The position numbers and the translations under genes were made by a program. Below are positions 1 through 7,822 of a DNA stretch of 64,000 bases, piece by piece. This DNA comes from an uncultured Candidatus Saccharibacteria bacterium (lineage in GTDB: Bacteria; Patescibacteriota; Minisyncoccia; Minisyncoccales; CAYZYK01): the NCBI GenBank assembly GCA_964482615.1, contig CAYZYK010000001.1, forward strand, positions 2,144 to 66,143, in the 5' to 3' direction. Each line of letters begins with the position of its first letter. Position 1 is the stretch's first letter. The notes under the pieces are model-generated. The model was not told where the DNA came from, did not search any database, and saw nothing but the letters and a program-made list of their open reading frames with translations.

Positions 1-875
1 ACGGAAAGACTGAACATGGGACTCTTTATAACTCAAATCCCCAAATTCAAACTACCTTTAGAAAATATATAGAAAAACTTTTTGGTATTTCTACTAAATT
101 AGTTAAAAGAAAAACAGGATATAAAATTGTAAACAAAGGCTGGAAAACAATGACTAGATTCCTGGTTGATATTGCGGATTTTCCATTAGAGAAGAAGAGT
201 AAAAAAATAAAATTTCCAGAATTATTTTGGACCCCCTCTTTTAGTAAAGGATTTATAGCCGGATGGTTTGATACAGATGGTTATATTTCTCAATCTAATC
301 ATTCCATTGAATTTGTCTCAAAAAGCCAAATATTAGTTAAAAAGATTTCTATCTATCTTTTATATTTTGGTATTCACTCTGCAATATATAAGAATAGGAA
401 AAAAGCTCCTGGTTGGAACAAAAAAAAGACATATTTTTCTCTAAGAATTGCTAATAAGCCTTATCTGTTGAAATTTTTTAAAAATTTTCCAGTGAAACAC
501 CAAAAAAAGAAAGAAAAAATTAAAGAAGCTTTATCAAAGACTTCGACTAGTCGGATTTTTGACCTAACTCCACTTCCTGGTAAAAACTTAAAATCTTTTT
601 ATATTGATGAGCACTTATTTCCGTATTTTTCTAAATATCGCTCTTATGAGTTTTTATCCAGACATTTTTTGAAAAAATTATTAAAATGGAAGAATAAAAT
701 TGTTCTTCCGGAAATATTTTCTTTGCCAGCAGTGAAAAACCTACTTAATCCTGGAGAAATTAGTTGTGTGAAGGTAAAAAATAAAAAAAGAATTGAAAAT
801 AAATCTAAGTTTGTCTACGACCTTACTGTTTCTGAGTCACATAATTTTGTAGCTGAGAGGATGTTTATTCATAAC
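1..875 (+). mobile_element. Intein (C-terminal portion with homing-endonuclease domain) inserted between K and T of the GKT P-loop of IF-2. The intein N-terminus lies upstream of the window.
   Basis: The intein terminal HN (codons ending at 875) is followed by a +1 Thr. Host extein resumes as TAILDYIR, which corresponds to GHVDHGK|T SLLDYIR in canonical IF-2. A LAGLIDADG-like motif FIAGWFDTDGYIS and the C-terminal splicing block are visible. Confidence 0.8.
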
Positions 876-2288
876 ACAGCGATTTTAGATTATATTAGAA
901 AATCTAATATCATAGCAGGGGAAGCAGGAGGAATTACTCAACATATTGGAGCTTACGAAGTTGAACATAAAGGGAAAAAGATTACTTTTATTGATACTCC
1001 GGGACATGAAGCTTTCTCTGCCATGAGATCCCGGGGAGCCAAAACAGCAGATATCGCTATTTTAGTGGTTGATGCTGCAGAAGGAGTCCGAGAACAGACC
1101 AAAGAAGCAATTTTAGCTGTCAAGAAAGCAGAAATTCCTATGATAGTTGCTTTGAATAAAATAGATAAGCCCAAAGCAGATCCAGAGAAAGCAAAAAGAG
1201 AATTGTCAGAGAGTGAAGTTTTGGTAGAATCTATGGGGGGTGATATCCCCTCTGTTGAGACCTCAGCAAAAACCAAAGAAGGTATTGATGAACTTTTGGA
1301 ACTAGTCTCTTTGGTTGCTGAAATGGAAGAACTCAAAAGAGATACAGAATCTCCTTCTGAGGGTACAGTAATTGAAGCCCATTTGGATCATTTCAAAGGT
1401 CCTATGGCAACTTTAATTTTAAAAAAAGGAACCTTAAAAGAAAAAGATATTATTGGAACTCATACAACCTATGCTAAAATTAAAAGTTTGGAGGATTTTC
1501 AGGGAAAAAGAATAAAAGAATCTTTTCCTTCCCAGCCCGTTATTGTTTTAGGGTTTGAAAAAGTCCCTCAGATAGGAGATAGATTTAAGGTCTACTCTTC
1601 TGTTGAGGAGGCCTTAGAGAGGATAGAAAAAGAGAAAGGAACTCCTTCTCAAGTGTTTGTAAAAGAAGAAAACAAAGAGGTTCTTAATATAATTTTGAAG
1701 GCAGATGTCTCTGGTTCTTTAGAGGCAATTGAAAATGTTTTAAAAAATTTACCCCAAGAGAAAGTAACTTTAAGGATTTTAAAAAGTGAGGTTGGGGAAA
1801 TTACAGACTCTGATGTGAAATTAGCTGAAATGTCAAGTGCTTACATTGCGGGGTTTAGGGTAAAAGTAAATCAATCAGCAGAAAAAGCTCTCAGAAAATA
1901 CAAAGAAAAACCGAAGATAAAAACATACGATATTATTTACGAATTAATTCAGGGAGTAAGAGGGGCCATGGAGAAAAAAATAACTCCAAAAATAGTAAGA
2001 GAAGACCTAGGGAAGGTTAGGGTTTTGGTAATCTTTAGAACCAGGAAAACCCGTCAGATAATAGGTGGTAAAGTAATAGAAGGGGAGGCAAGAAAAGGAG
2101 CTAAGATAGAGATTGTCAGAGACGAAGAAAAAATTGGAAAAGGTAAGGTTGTTAGTCTCCAACAAAACAAAAGAGATGCAGAGAAGTTAAAAAAAGGAGA
2201 AGAATGTGGAATATTGTACGAAGGAGATACTAAAATACAGAAGGGAGATACCTTGCTTTTATACACAGAAGAAAAAAAGAAAATTTAA
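1..2288 (+). CDS. infB: Translation initiation factor IF-2, 5'-truncated at the window edge. The reading frame is open from nt 3. The first ~290 codons in the window are the C-terminal part of an intein inserted in the P-loop.
   Basis: After the splice junction the protein reads ...FIHN|TAILDYIRKSNIIAGEAGGITQHIGAY...FIDTPGHEAFSAMRSRGA...LNKIDKP..., a canonical IF-2 G domain, followed by IF-2 domains II-IV. The upstream part has LAGLIDADG-type endonuclease character (GWFDTDGYIS) and the intein C-terminal block VYDLTVSESHNFVAERMFIHN. rbfA follows immediately, which is the conserved order. Confidence 0.9.
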   Translation, partial: GKTEHGTLYNSNPQIQTTFRKYIEKLFGISTKLVKRKTGYKIVNKGWKTMTRFLVDIADFPLEKKSKKIKFPELFWTPSFSKGFIAGWFDTDGYISQSNHSIEFVSKSQILVKKISIYLLYFGIHSAIYKNRKKAPGWNKKKTYFSLRIANKPYLLKFFKNFPVKHQKKKEKIKEALSKTSTSRIFDLTPLPGKNLKSFYIDEHLFPYFSKYRSYEFLSRHFLKKLLKWKNKIVLPEIFSLPAVKNLLNPGEISCVKVKNKKRIENKSKFVYDLTVSESHNFVAERMFIHNTAILDYIRKSNIIAGEAGGITQHIGAYEVEHKGKKITFIDTPGHEAFSAMRSRGAKTADIAILVVDAAEGVREQTKEAILAVKKAEIPMIVALNKIDKPKADPEKAKRELSESEVLVESMGGDIPSVETSAKTKEGIDELLELVSLVAEMEELKRDTESPSEGTVIEAHLDHFKGPMATLILKKGTLKEKDIIGTHTTYAKIKSLEDFQGKRIKESFPSQPVIVLGFEKVPQIGDRFKVYSSVEEALERIEKEKGTPSQVFVKEENKEVLNIILKADVSGSLEAIENVLKNLPQEKVTLRILKSEVGEITDSDVKLAEMSSAYIAGFRVKVNQSAEKALRKYKEKPKIKTYDIIYELIQGVRGAMEKKITPKIVREDLGKVRVLVIFRTRKTRQIIGGKVIEGEARKGAKIEIVRDEEKIGKGKVVSLQQNKRDAEKLKKGEECGILYEGDTKIQKGDTLLLYTEEKKKI

Positions 2289-2294
2289 GTTTCT

Positions 2295-2639
2295 ATGTCA
2301 GATAGAATTAGGAAAGTAAACGAATTGATAAAAAGAGAGCTTTCGGATATAATCTTGGAGAAAGCAAGCTTTCCCAAAGATGTTTTGGTTACTTTAACTA
2401 GAGTAGAAACCTCACTTGATTTAAACAAAACTAAAGTATACATAAGTGTTATACCAGAAAAACACTTTGAGAATATTATTAAATTTTTGAATCAAAACAG
2501 GAGAAAACTGCAAAAAAAATTAGGCAAAAGAATAAAAACAAAGCAAACCCCTAAAATTGAATTCAAAGAAGAGAAAAAAACAAGAGAAGCAGATAGAATT
2601 GAAAAGATTCTAGATAAGATAAAAAAGAAGAAAAAATAA
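2295..2639 (+). CDS. rbfA: Ribosome-binding factor A
   Basis: 114 aa; MSDRIRKVNELIKRELSDII...VTLTRVETSLDL...KVYISV is the typical RbfA N-terminal region. Position immediately downstream of infB. Confidence 0.85.
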   Translation: MSDRIRKVNELIKRELSDIILEKASFPKDVLVTLTRVETSLDLNKTKVYISVIPEKHFENIIKFLNQNRRKLQKKLGKRIKTKQTPKIEFKEEKKTREADRIEKILDKIKKKKK

Positions 2640-2650
2640 AATAAAAATAA

Positions 2651-2678
2651 TTGAAAAAAGGGTTGAAAATGCTAAAAT
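2651..2678 (+). promoter_or_regulatory. Candidate sigma70-type promoter (TTGAAA-16-TAAAAT) for the tRNA-Cys/tRNA-Leu pair
   Basis: -35 TTGAAA at 2651-2656, -10 TAAAAT at 2673-2678, about 8 nt upstream of the tRNA-Cys 5' end. AT-rich background makes false positives likely. Confidence 0.3.
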
Positions 2679-2686
2679 TAAAAGGT

Positions 2687-2758
2687 GGCGCGGTAGCCAA
2701 GTAGCAAGGCATCGGTTTGCAAAACCGACATACGCGAGTGCAAATCTCGCCCGCGCCT
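2687..2758 (+). tRNA. tRNA-Cys (anticodon GCA)
   Basis: Acceptor GGCGCGG/CCGCGCC, anticodon stem TCGGT/ACCGA with loop TTGCAAA, T-stem GCGAG/CTCGC; 72 nt. Confidence 0.8.
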
Positions 2759-2762
2759 CAAA

Positions 2763-2850
2763 GCCCGGGTGCTGGAATTGGCATACAGGGTTGACTTAAA
2801 ATCAACTGGGATTATATCCCATGTGGGTTCGAGTCCCACCTCGGGCACCA
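2763..2850 (+). tRNA. tRNA-Leu (anticodon UAA), long variable arm, CCA encoded
   Basis: Acceptor GCCCGGG/CTCGGGC (one G-U pair), anticodon stem GGTTGA/TCAACT with loop CTTAAAA, variable arm GGGATTATATCCCAT, T-arm GTGGG-TTCGAGT-CCCAC, 3' ACCA. Confidence 0.8.
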
Positions 2851-2995
2851 AAGAGTACTAAGTTAGTACTTTTTATTATAAAAAGAATATATCTCAAATA
2901 TTTCTTCAAAATATTTAATTTTACCCATTTTTACTTAAAATATTTTTTCCACTTTGGGGGTCTTGACATTAATCTATTTTTTGAGATAATAGGTA

Positions 2996-3022
2996 TATCC
3001 CGCCTAAAGCGGGATTTTAAGA
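2996..3022 (+). other. Stem-loop (ATCCCGC-CTAAA-GCGGGAT followed by TTTTAAG). Possible terminator for the upstream tRNAs, or a 5'-UTR structure of the next gene.
   Basis: Perfect 7-bp inverted repeat with a 5-nt loop and a short T-run. It lies 14 nt before the ATG at 3036 and just after a TTGACA-17-ATAATA promoter-like motif (2964-2992). Confidence 0.35.
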
Positions 3023-3035
3023 TATAAGGCTATTT

Positions 3036-4433
3036 ATGGTTGGTTCAAACAAAAAAACAAAGAAAAACGGTTCAAAAAGAAGTAGAAAGAAGAAAAGACC
3101 CCTCAAAAGATTAAAACTAGGATTTGAGGGAGAATTTCTGATTTTAGATGAAAAAGGCAAACCAGCTAACAAAGCTGATCTCTTGCTTAAAAAAGTTAAT
3201 CCAAAAAAGAGCAAGACAGGAAACGAGATTAGAAAAGAATGTGGGAAAAGCGAGATAGAAATCGGAAGTTATCCTAGCCACGAAGTTACAGATACTGCTA
3301 AGACCTTCCTTGATAATTTGAAAAACCTTCTTTATGTTGCCGAAAAAGAGAATTTAACACTTTGTCCCTTGGGAACTTATCCCGGCAAATTTGTTCCCAA
3401 AATGAGAAAAAAAGAATATAAGGTTGCAGCAGGGTTGTTTGGAAGAAAATTTATTAGATCTGGGCGTGTTTTCGGTTATCATTGTCATTATGTTCTCCCC
3501 AGGGGTACATTTAACAGTAAAAAATTAACCCTAAAGAGAATGATTGGTTCTAAGGTTCAGAAAACCCTAGTTGATTCTTATAATTTCCTGATTGCTGCTG
3601 ATCCCGCTTTGACCACTTTCATGCAATCCTCTCCTTTTTATCAAGGATATCACTTTGCTAAAGATGCAAGAGCAATAATTTACAGAAGAGACGAATGTTT
3701 AAAACCAAGTGGAGGAGTTCCTTTTAGATTCCAATTTGATTCTCCTATGTCCAAAATATTACCTTCCTACCAAAGAACAGTTACAGACATACTTCATTTT
3801 ATTGAAAATCTTTACGAAGATAGAACGAGTTCATGCAAAGAGGCGGGATTTAAACCAAATTATAAGTCGAAACTAATTACAAACTGGACACCAGTCAAGG
3901 TTAATACTCATGGCACCTTAGAACAAAGAGGTATGGATATGAACCACCCCATGAATATAATGTCTGTTTCTTTTCTTGTTAAATCAATACTTAAGACAAT
4001 CCAACAGGGATTTTATAAAGTTAAAGTTTCAGAAGTAGCCATTAAAAGACCTTTCTATTTGAAGAGAAAGACAATTCATATACCTCCTTTTTCTTATGTT
4101 AAAAAAACCCTCCAGAGGGCTTCAGTTTTAAAGGGGTTTGATGAAAAAATTATTCTTAATTATTCCCAGAAATTATTTGATTTAGCTGAATCTTTCACCC
4201 TCAAAAAGAAAAGAAAACTTTTGGGTCCCTTAGAGAAAATGTTAAAAGACAAGAAGACGCTTTCTGATGAAATTATTTGCGAAGCCAAAAAACTGGGACA
4301 CAAAAATCTTAAAGAAAGATTATCACAAAATATTGCTTCTAAAATTGCCTTTAACCATTCCAAGAAGCTCTTCAAAGAAATAGTTTTAGTTCAGAAATTA
4401 GTTGAAGAAGTTTCTTTATTAAATGGATCTTAA
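3036..4433 (+). CDS. Carboxylate-amine ligase, glutamate-cysteine-ligase family 2 (YbdK-like), with a 25-aa K/R-rich N-terminal extension
   Basis: 465 aa; LGFEGEFLILDEKG, EIEIGSYPS and GYHCHY resemble GCS2/YbdK conserved blocks. Recognised from motif memory only. Confidence 0.55.
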   Translation: MVGSNKKTKKNGSKRSRKKKRPLKRLKLGFEGEFLILDEKGKPANKADLLLKKVNPKKSKTGNEIRKECGKSEIEIGSYPSHEVTDTAKTFLDNLKNLLYVAEKENLTLCPLGTYPGKFVPKMRKKEYKVAAGLFGRKFIRSGRVFGYHCHYVLPRGTFNSKKLTLKRMIGSKVQKTLVDSYNFLIAADPALTTFMQSSPFYQGYHFAKDARAIIYRRDECLKPSGGVPFRFQFDSPMSKILPSYQRTVTDILHFIENLYEDRTSSCKEAGFKPNYKSKLITNWTPVKVNTHGTLEQRGMDMNHPMNIMSVSFLVKSILKTIQQGFYKVKVSEVAIKRPFYLKRKTIHIPPFSYVKKTLQRASVLKGFDEKIILNYSQKLFDLAESFTLKKKRKLLGPLEKMLKDKKTLSDEIICEAKKLGHKNLKERLSQNIASKIAFNHSKKLFKEIVLVQKLVEEVSLLNGS

Positions 4434-4738
4434 AAGTAAATTAGAAAACTAACTATTTAATGAAATAAGACGAACCCAAGAGAGCGGTCTAGGGTTCAGA
4501 GAAAATAATATTCAAAGAAGAACTTATTAAACAATCCGAGAAATATTCCTTAAATTTAGAGGAAATAAGGTAAAATTTTTCAAGAAAAAGTTAATCATAA
4601 CGCTTTGGTTTTAAACAAAAAGCATACTACCTGTTTAACCAGAATCTCTAATTCTTATATTTCAAATATTGCTCGGGGAGGAATAGCGGTTCCTACTTTC
4701 GTGGTTAAAGAATAGAAAACAGAAAAAACAATAAAAAT

Positions 4739-4761
4739 ACCGGTATGAAACCGGCTTTTTT
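4739..4761. terminator. Bidirectional rho-independent terminator-like hairpin (ACCGGT-ATGAA-ACCGGC flanked by A-run and T-run)
   Basis: Seen in sequence. It lies 3' of the minus-strand 3D-domain gene stop at 4780. Confidence 0.5.
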
Positions 4762-4779
4762 AATTTCTATTTTAAAAAA

Positions 4780-5301
4780 TTATATCTCCAAAATCTCAAT
4801 ATGAGTTGTTTGAGCCCCAAAGTTTTTTGCTTCAGAATAAGAAGGAAACCAAATATCTATTTGATAATTTCCTTTTCTCCAGTTCATTCTATCTTCGACT
4901 GTAAATATTTTATCACCAAAAAGGTCTGGAATTTTTATCTTTGTGCCAAAGGGTAAATAATTATTTGCTACTATTCCGTCTCTAACTCTTGTTCCAGCTG
5001 CAGTAATAAAAGGGGTGTCATCGGTTTGCCAAACAGAGCTTGAATAAGCAGTAGCAATTACTCTTACTTTCTGGACGGGTTTTGAATCAGGGCTTGTAAC
5101 CTTAGATATTGAAAAAAGACTATTGTTTCCAACAAAAACTAAATTTCCCTCCGATAAAGCAAGGATTTCTTTAATATTAGAACTTACTGTATTTGCTTCA
5201 AACGTTGGCAAAATTCCCAATAAAACTATTGTTCCCATTGAAATAGTTAGGATGTATTTCAAATTGAAAAGATATTTTATATTCTTGTTCATTCTTTTCA
5301 T
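4780..5301 (-). CDS. 3D-domain protein (RlpA/MltA-like cell-wall-binding or lytic domain) with N-terminal signal/TM
   Basis: 173 aa; VIATAYSSSVWQTDDTPFITAAGTRVRDGIVANNYLPFGTKIKIPDLFGDKIFTVEDRMNWRKGNYQIDIWF matches the 3D domain signature (three conserved Asp). Confidence 0.7.
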   Translation of the reverse strand: MKRMNKNIKYLFNLKYILTISMGTIVLLGILPTFEANTVSSNIKEILALSEGNLVFVGNNSLFSISKVTSPDSKPVQKVRVIATAYSSSVWQTDDTPFITAAGTRVRDGIVANNYLPFGTKIKIPDLFGDKIFTVEDRMNWRKGNYQIDIWFPSYSEAKNFGAQTTHIEILEI

Positions 5302-5340
5302 TATATTTATCTAAAATTAACTGTCAACTCCCTTTTTTAA

Positions 5341-5366
5341 AAAAGGTTCCAAAAGGAACCCTTTTA
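5341..5366 (-). terminator. Rho-independent terminator of the minus-strand tRNA operon (GGTTCC-AAAA-GGAACC followed by T-run on the minus strand)
   Basis: Perfect 6-bp stem and 4-nt loop immediately 3' of tRNA-Gly, flanked by A6/T6 runs. Confidence 0.6.
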
Positions 5367-5374
5367 AAATTATG

Positions 5375-5446
5375 AGCGGGAGACGGGATTTGAACCCGCG
5401 ATCTTCTCGTTGGCAACGAGACGCTCTACCACTAAGCTACTCCCGC
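5375..5446 (-). tRNA. tRNA-Gly (anticodon GCC)
   Basis: Minus-strand read: GCGGGAG-TA-GCTTAGTGGTAGAGC-G-TCTCG-TTGCCAA-CGAGA-...-CGGGTTCAAATCCCG-TCTCCCGC. Confidence 0.85.
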
Positions 5447-5452
5447 CCTTTG

Positions 5453-5526
5453 TGCCGCGGATCAGACTTGCACTGATGAACCTTCGCTTTTTCAGAGCGA
5501 CGCTCTACTACCTGAGCTACCGCGGC
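5453..5526 (-). tRNA. tRNA-Phe (anticodon GAA)
   Basis: Acceptor GCCGCGG/CCGCGGC, D-arm TAGCTCAGGTAGTAGAGC, anticodon loop CTGAAAA. Confidence 0.85.
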
Positions 5527-5563
5527 ATATATAAATTGTAACAGATTTTAAAATAAATTTAAG

Positions 5564-5635
5564 TGGGCGGCATAGGATTTGAACCTATAACCTTCGCGAT
5601 GTAAACGCGACGCTCCACCGTTGAGCTAGCCGCCC
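5564..5635 (-). tRNA. tRNA-Val (anticodon UAC)
   Basis: Acceptor GGGCGGC/GCCGCCC, anticodon stem TCGCG/CGCGA with loop TTTACAT, T-arm TAGG-TTCAAAT-CCTA. Confidence 0.85.
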
Positions 5636-5655
5636 ATAAGGAATTTCTTCTCTTG

Positions 5656-5739
5656 TGGGCGAGGAGGGACTTGAACCCTCACGTCTATAAAGACCTACGG
5701 CCCTCAACCGCAGCTGTCTGCCAATTCCAGCACTCGCCC
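5656..5739 (-). tRNA. tRNA-Leu (anticodon GAG), long variable arm
   Basis: Acceptor GGGCGAG/CTCGCCC, D-arm as in Leu tRNAs (CTGGAATTGGCAGACAG), anticodon loop TTGAGGG, variable arm GTCTTTATAGAC, T-arm GAGGG-TTCAAGT-CCCTC. Confidence 0.8.
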
Positions 5740-5747
5740 ATTTAAGT

Positions 5748-6365
5748 TTATATTCTTTTTGCTCCTTTGTTATCTGTTCTTAAAATAGTTTTTATTTTCT
5801 TGCGCTTACGTTCAAGACAGGGTAAATTTCTTTTGTAATATATTTTTGAGATTAATATTTTTGATTCCTTTTTGGCATATTTTAATTGGTAAAGATAATT
5901 TTTGCTGTGTCTGCTTAAGCAATCTAAACTGCCGCTTATATGTAATAGTTTGTTTATTTTAAATCTAAGCCAGAGAATATGTTTTTTGCTCGCGGAAGTA
6001 AATTTAGTATAAAACATAAAACTGCTATTCCATCTATTGTCTCAATAACCATTACAAGAGCCATCACTATCAAAAACCCCTCTTAAAAAATCGAAAAAAT
6101 ATTTGTTGGGAATTCTTAATTTACCTATTGTTTTTGCTTTGTTTGGGGTTAAACCTATTTTCAAGAGCCGTCTATAAAGCATTACATCTCCGAGTTGGAT
6201 ATGATGATAATCTTTTTTTATTGAAAGACCGTTACTTCTTGGGCCGATTTTGTTTTTTAAATTAAGACACCTCTTAAAAGTTTTTAATAATTGAATATCT
6301 TTAGACACAAGGACTATATGATATCCATCAATAGATAAACTTCCATCTGTTGTAATAAGACCCAC
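5748..6365 (-). pseudogene. Free-standing LAGLIDADG homing endonuclease gene interrupted by a single in-frame TGA. The two ORFs 6365..6042 and 6017..5748 are in the same frame. It lies directly upstream of the tRNA-Leu/Val/Phe/Gly operon.
   Basis: First ORF carries both dodecapeptide motifs (GLITTDGSLSIDGY and FLRGVFDSDGSCNGY). The stop on the minus strand is TGA at 6044-6042. Reading through it gives ...SCNGY*DNRWNSSFMFYTKFTSASKKHILWLRFKINKLL..., 205 aa in all, the size of a single-chain two-motif LAGLIDADG enzyme. Confidence 0.65.
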
Positions 6366-6472
6366 AGCACAAGCAAGATTTAGCGACCATTTAATCTTTT
6401 CTTTTGGGTTTCATCTTTTTTTATTTCCGTCTTCTTGTCTTTGGTGGATGTTGACTCCTTTTGTTCTTTTTT

Positions 6473-6928
6473 TTATTCTGATCCTTTCTTTTCCTTTTCC
6501 TTTGGTTTTTTTTCGAGTTTTTTCTCCTTTTGTTTTTTTTCGGCTTTTTCTTTTAGCTTTTCCCAAACAAGAGTTTCTTTAAGGTCTTTCTTTTTTAGTC
6601 TTGCTCTTTTCCCTTTGGCTTTTCTTAAAAAGTAAAGTTTAGCTTTTCTTGGTTTGGTTCTCTTTAAAACCTCTATTTTTTCAATAATAGGGGAATGGAC
6701 CGGAAAGATTCTTTCAACCCCCACTCCCGATATTTCTGTTCTTAGAGTAATGGTTGATGATATTCCTTCACCATGTTTTTTAGCTAAAACAAGACCTTCA
6801 AACATTTGAGTTCTTTCTTTCTCACCCTCTTTAATCTTCTGGTGAATTCTAACAGTATCACCGGGTTTTATTTTAGGCAATCCTTCTTTTAACTGAGATT
6901 TAAGAAATGTTTTGACTTCAGCTGACAT
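6473..6928 (-). CDS. rplS: 50S ribosomal protein L19 with a lysine-rich C-terminal tail
   Basis: 151 aa; KPGDTVRIHQKIKEGEKERTQMFEGLVLAKKHGEGISSTITLR...GVGVERIFPVHSPIIEKIEVLKR...KAKLYFLR matches L19 throughout. Confidence 0.9.
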   Translation of the reverse strand: MSAEVKTFLKSQLKEGLPKIKPGDTVRIHQKIKEGEKERTQMFEGLVLAKKHGEGISSTITLRTEISGVGVERIFPVHSPIIEKIEVLKRTKPRKAKLYFLRKAKGKRARLKKKDLKETLVWEKLKEKAEKKQKEKKLEKKPKEKEKKGSE

Positions 6929-6952
6929 AATTTTGGAATTTTAATTTTATAA

Positions 6953-7663
6953 TTAAGATTTAATATTTTCAATAGCTTTATTTAATTCTTTGGGCAAAGG
7001 AGATTTAAATTCTCTTTCTTCTTTTTCAGAAACATTTATTTTAAGCAGAGAAGCATGTAAAAACATACGATTAAGACCCTTTGGAGATAGTTGATTTTTA
7101 AAACCATATTTTTTATCTCCAATAACTGGATGATTGATATAAGACAAATGGACTCTTATTTGATGTTTTCTGCCCGTTTTTGGAAAAACCTCCAATAAGG
7201 TGTATTTGTCGAATTCTTCTAAAATCTTATATCTAGTTATTGCCTCTCTTTTGCCTTTGCTTTTGGGGCCCCTGGATAAATAAACCTTTTGTTTTTTTCC
7301 GTTTCTGTTTGCTCTTCCTATCTGAGTTTTTATTTCTCTTGAAGATATCTTTACTTTTCCTGAGACTAAAGCAAGATATTTTTTTAAAACCTTTCTTTTT
7401 TTGAATTGGCCCTGCAAGAATTTTAAGATTTCGTTATTTTTTGCTATCAACAAAATTCCTGAGGTTTCCTTGTCTATTCTATGAACTAGCCCGTATCTTG
7501 GTTTTTTCCCTGCTTTTTTTAACTCCAGCCCCTCTTTTATTGCCAAATCAATTAAAGTTTTTTCTTTTGTTTTTCCTGTAGGGGAAACAACAATACCTGC
7601 GGGTTTATCAACAACTAAGATATTACTATCTTCGAAGATAATTTTCAATTTTGAATTTACCAT
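6953..7663 (-). CDS. RluA-family 23S rRNA pseudouridine synthase
   Basis: 236 aa; ILVVDKPAGIVV, catalytic block YGLVHRIDKETSGILLIAKN, and C-terminal KHQIRVHL... are RluA/RluD family signatures. Confidence 0.85.
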   Translation of the reverse strand: MVNSKLKIIFEDSNILVVDKPAGIVVSPTGKTKEKTLIDLAIKEGLELKKAGKKPRYGLVHRIDKETSGILLIAKNNEILKFLQGQFKKRKVLKKYLALVSGKVKISSREIKTQIGRANRNGKKQKVYLSRGPKSKGKREAITRYKILEEFDKYTLLEVFPKTGRKHQIRVHLSYINHPVIGDKKYGFKNQLSPKGLNRMFLHASLLKINVSEKEEREFKSPLPKELNKAIENIKS

Positions 7664-7671
7664 TTTTCCTG

Positions 7672-7745
7672 TGGGCGGTACAGGACTTGAACCTGTGACC
7701 TCCTCAATGTCAATGAGACGCTCTAGCCAGCTGAGCTAACCGCCC
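7672..7745 (-). tRNA. tRNA-Val (anticodon GAC)
   Basis: Acceptor GGGCGGT/ACCGCCC, D-arm TAGCTCAGCTGGCTAGAGC, anticodon loop TTGACAT, T-arm ACAGG-TTCAAGT-CCTGT. Confidence 0.8.
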
Positions 7746-7746
7746 C

Positions 7747-7822
7747 TGGTGCGCGTGGATGGATTTGAACCATCGACCTTTCGCTTATAAGACGAATGCT
7801 CTAACCCCTGAGCTACACGCGC
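7747..7822 (-). tRNA. tRNA with anticodon UAU (AUA-decoding tRNA-Ile), CCA encoded
   Basis: Acceptor GCGCGTG/CACGCGC + ACCA. D-stem GCTC/GAGC. Anticodon stem TTCGT/GCGAA enclosing loop CTTATAA, so positions 34-36 are TAT. T-arm GATGG-TTCAAAT-CCATC; 76 nt. Confidence 0.7.

Noticed and set aside
953-1336. 127-aa antisense ORF inside infB, and similar antisense ORFs inside ftsH, valS, tsaD, recG, rpoB, rpoC, ftsK and the pilus genes
   Set aside because: All are embedded antisense in strongly supported conserved genes. They have low-complexity S/F/L-rich translations and no start context.
2821-3027. 68-aa ORF starting inside tRNA-Leu(UAA)
   Set aside because: It overlaps a well-formed tRNA and runs through a promoter-like and hairpin region. 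The sequence is low-complexity and phenylalanine-rich, typical of AT-rich noise.
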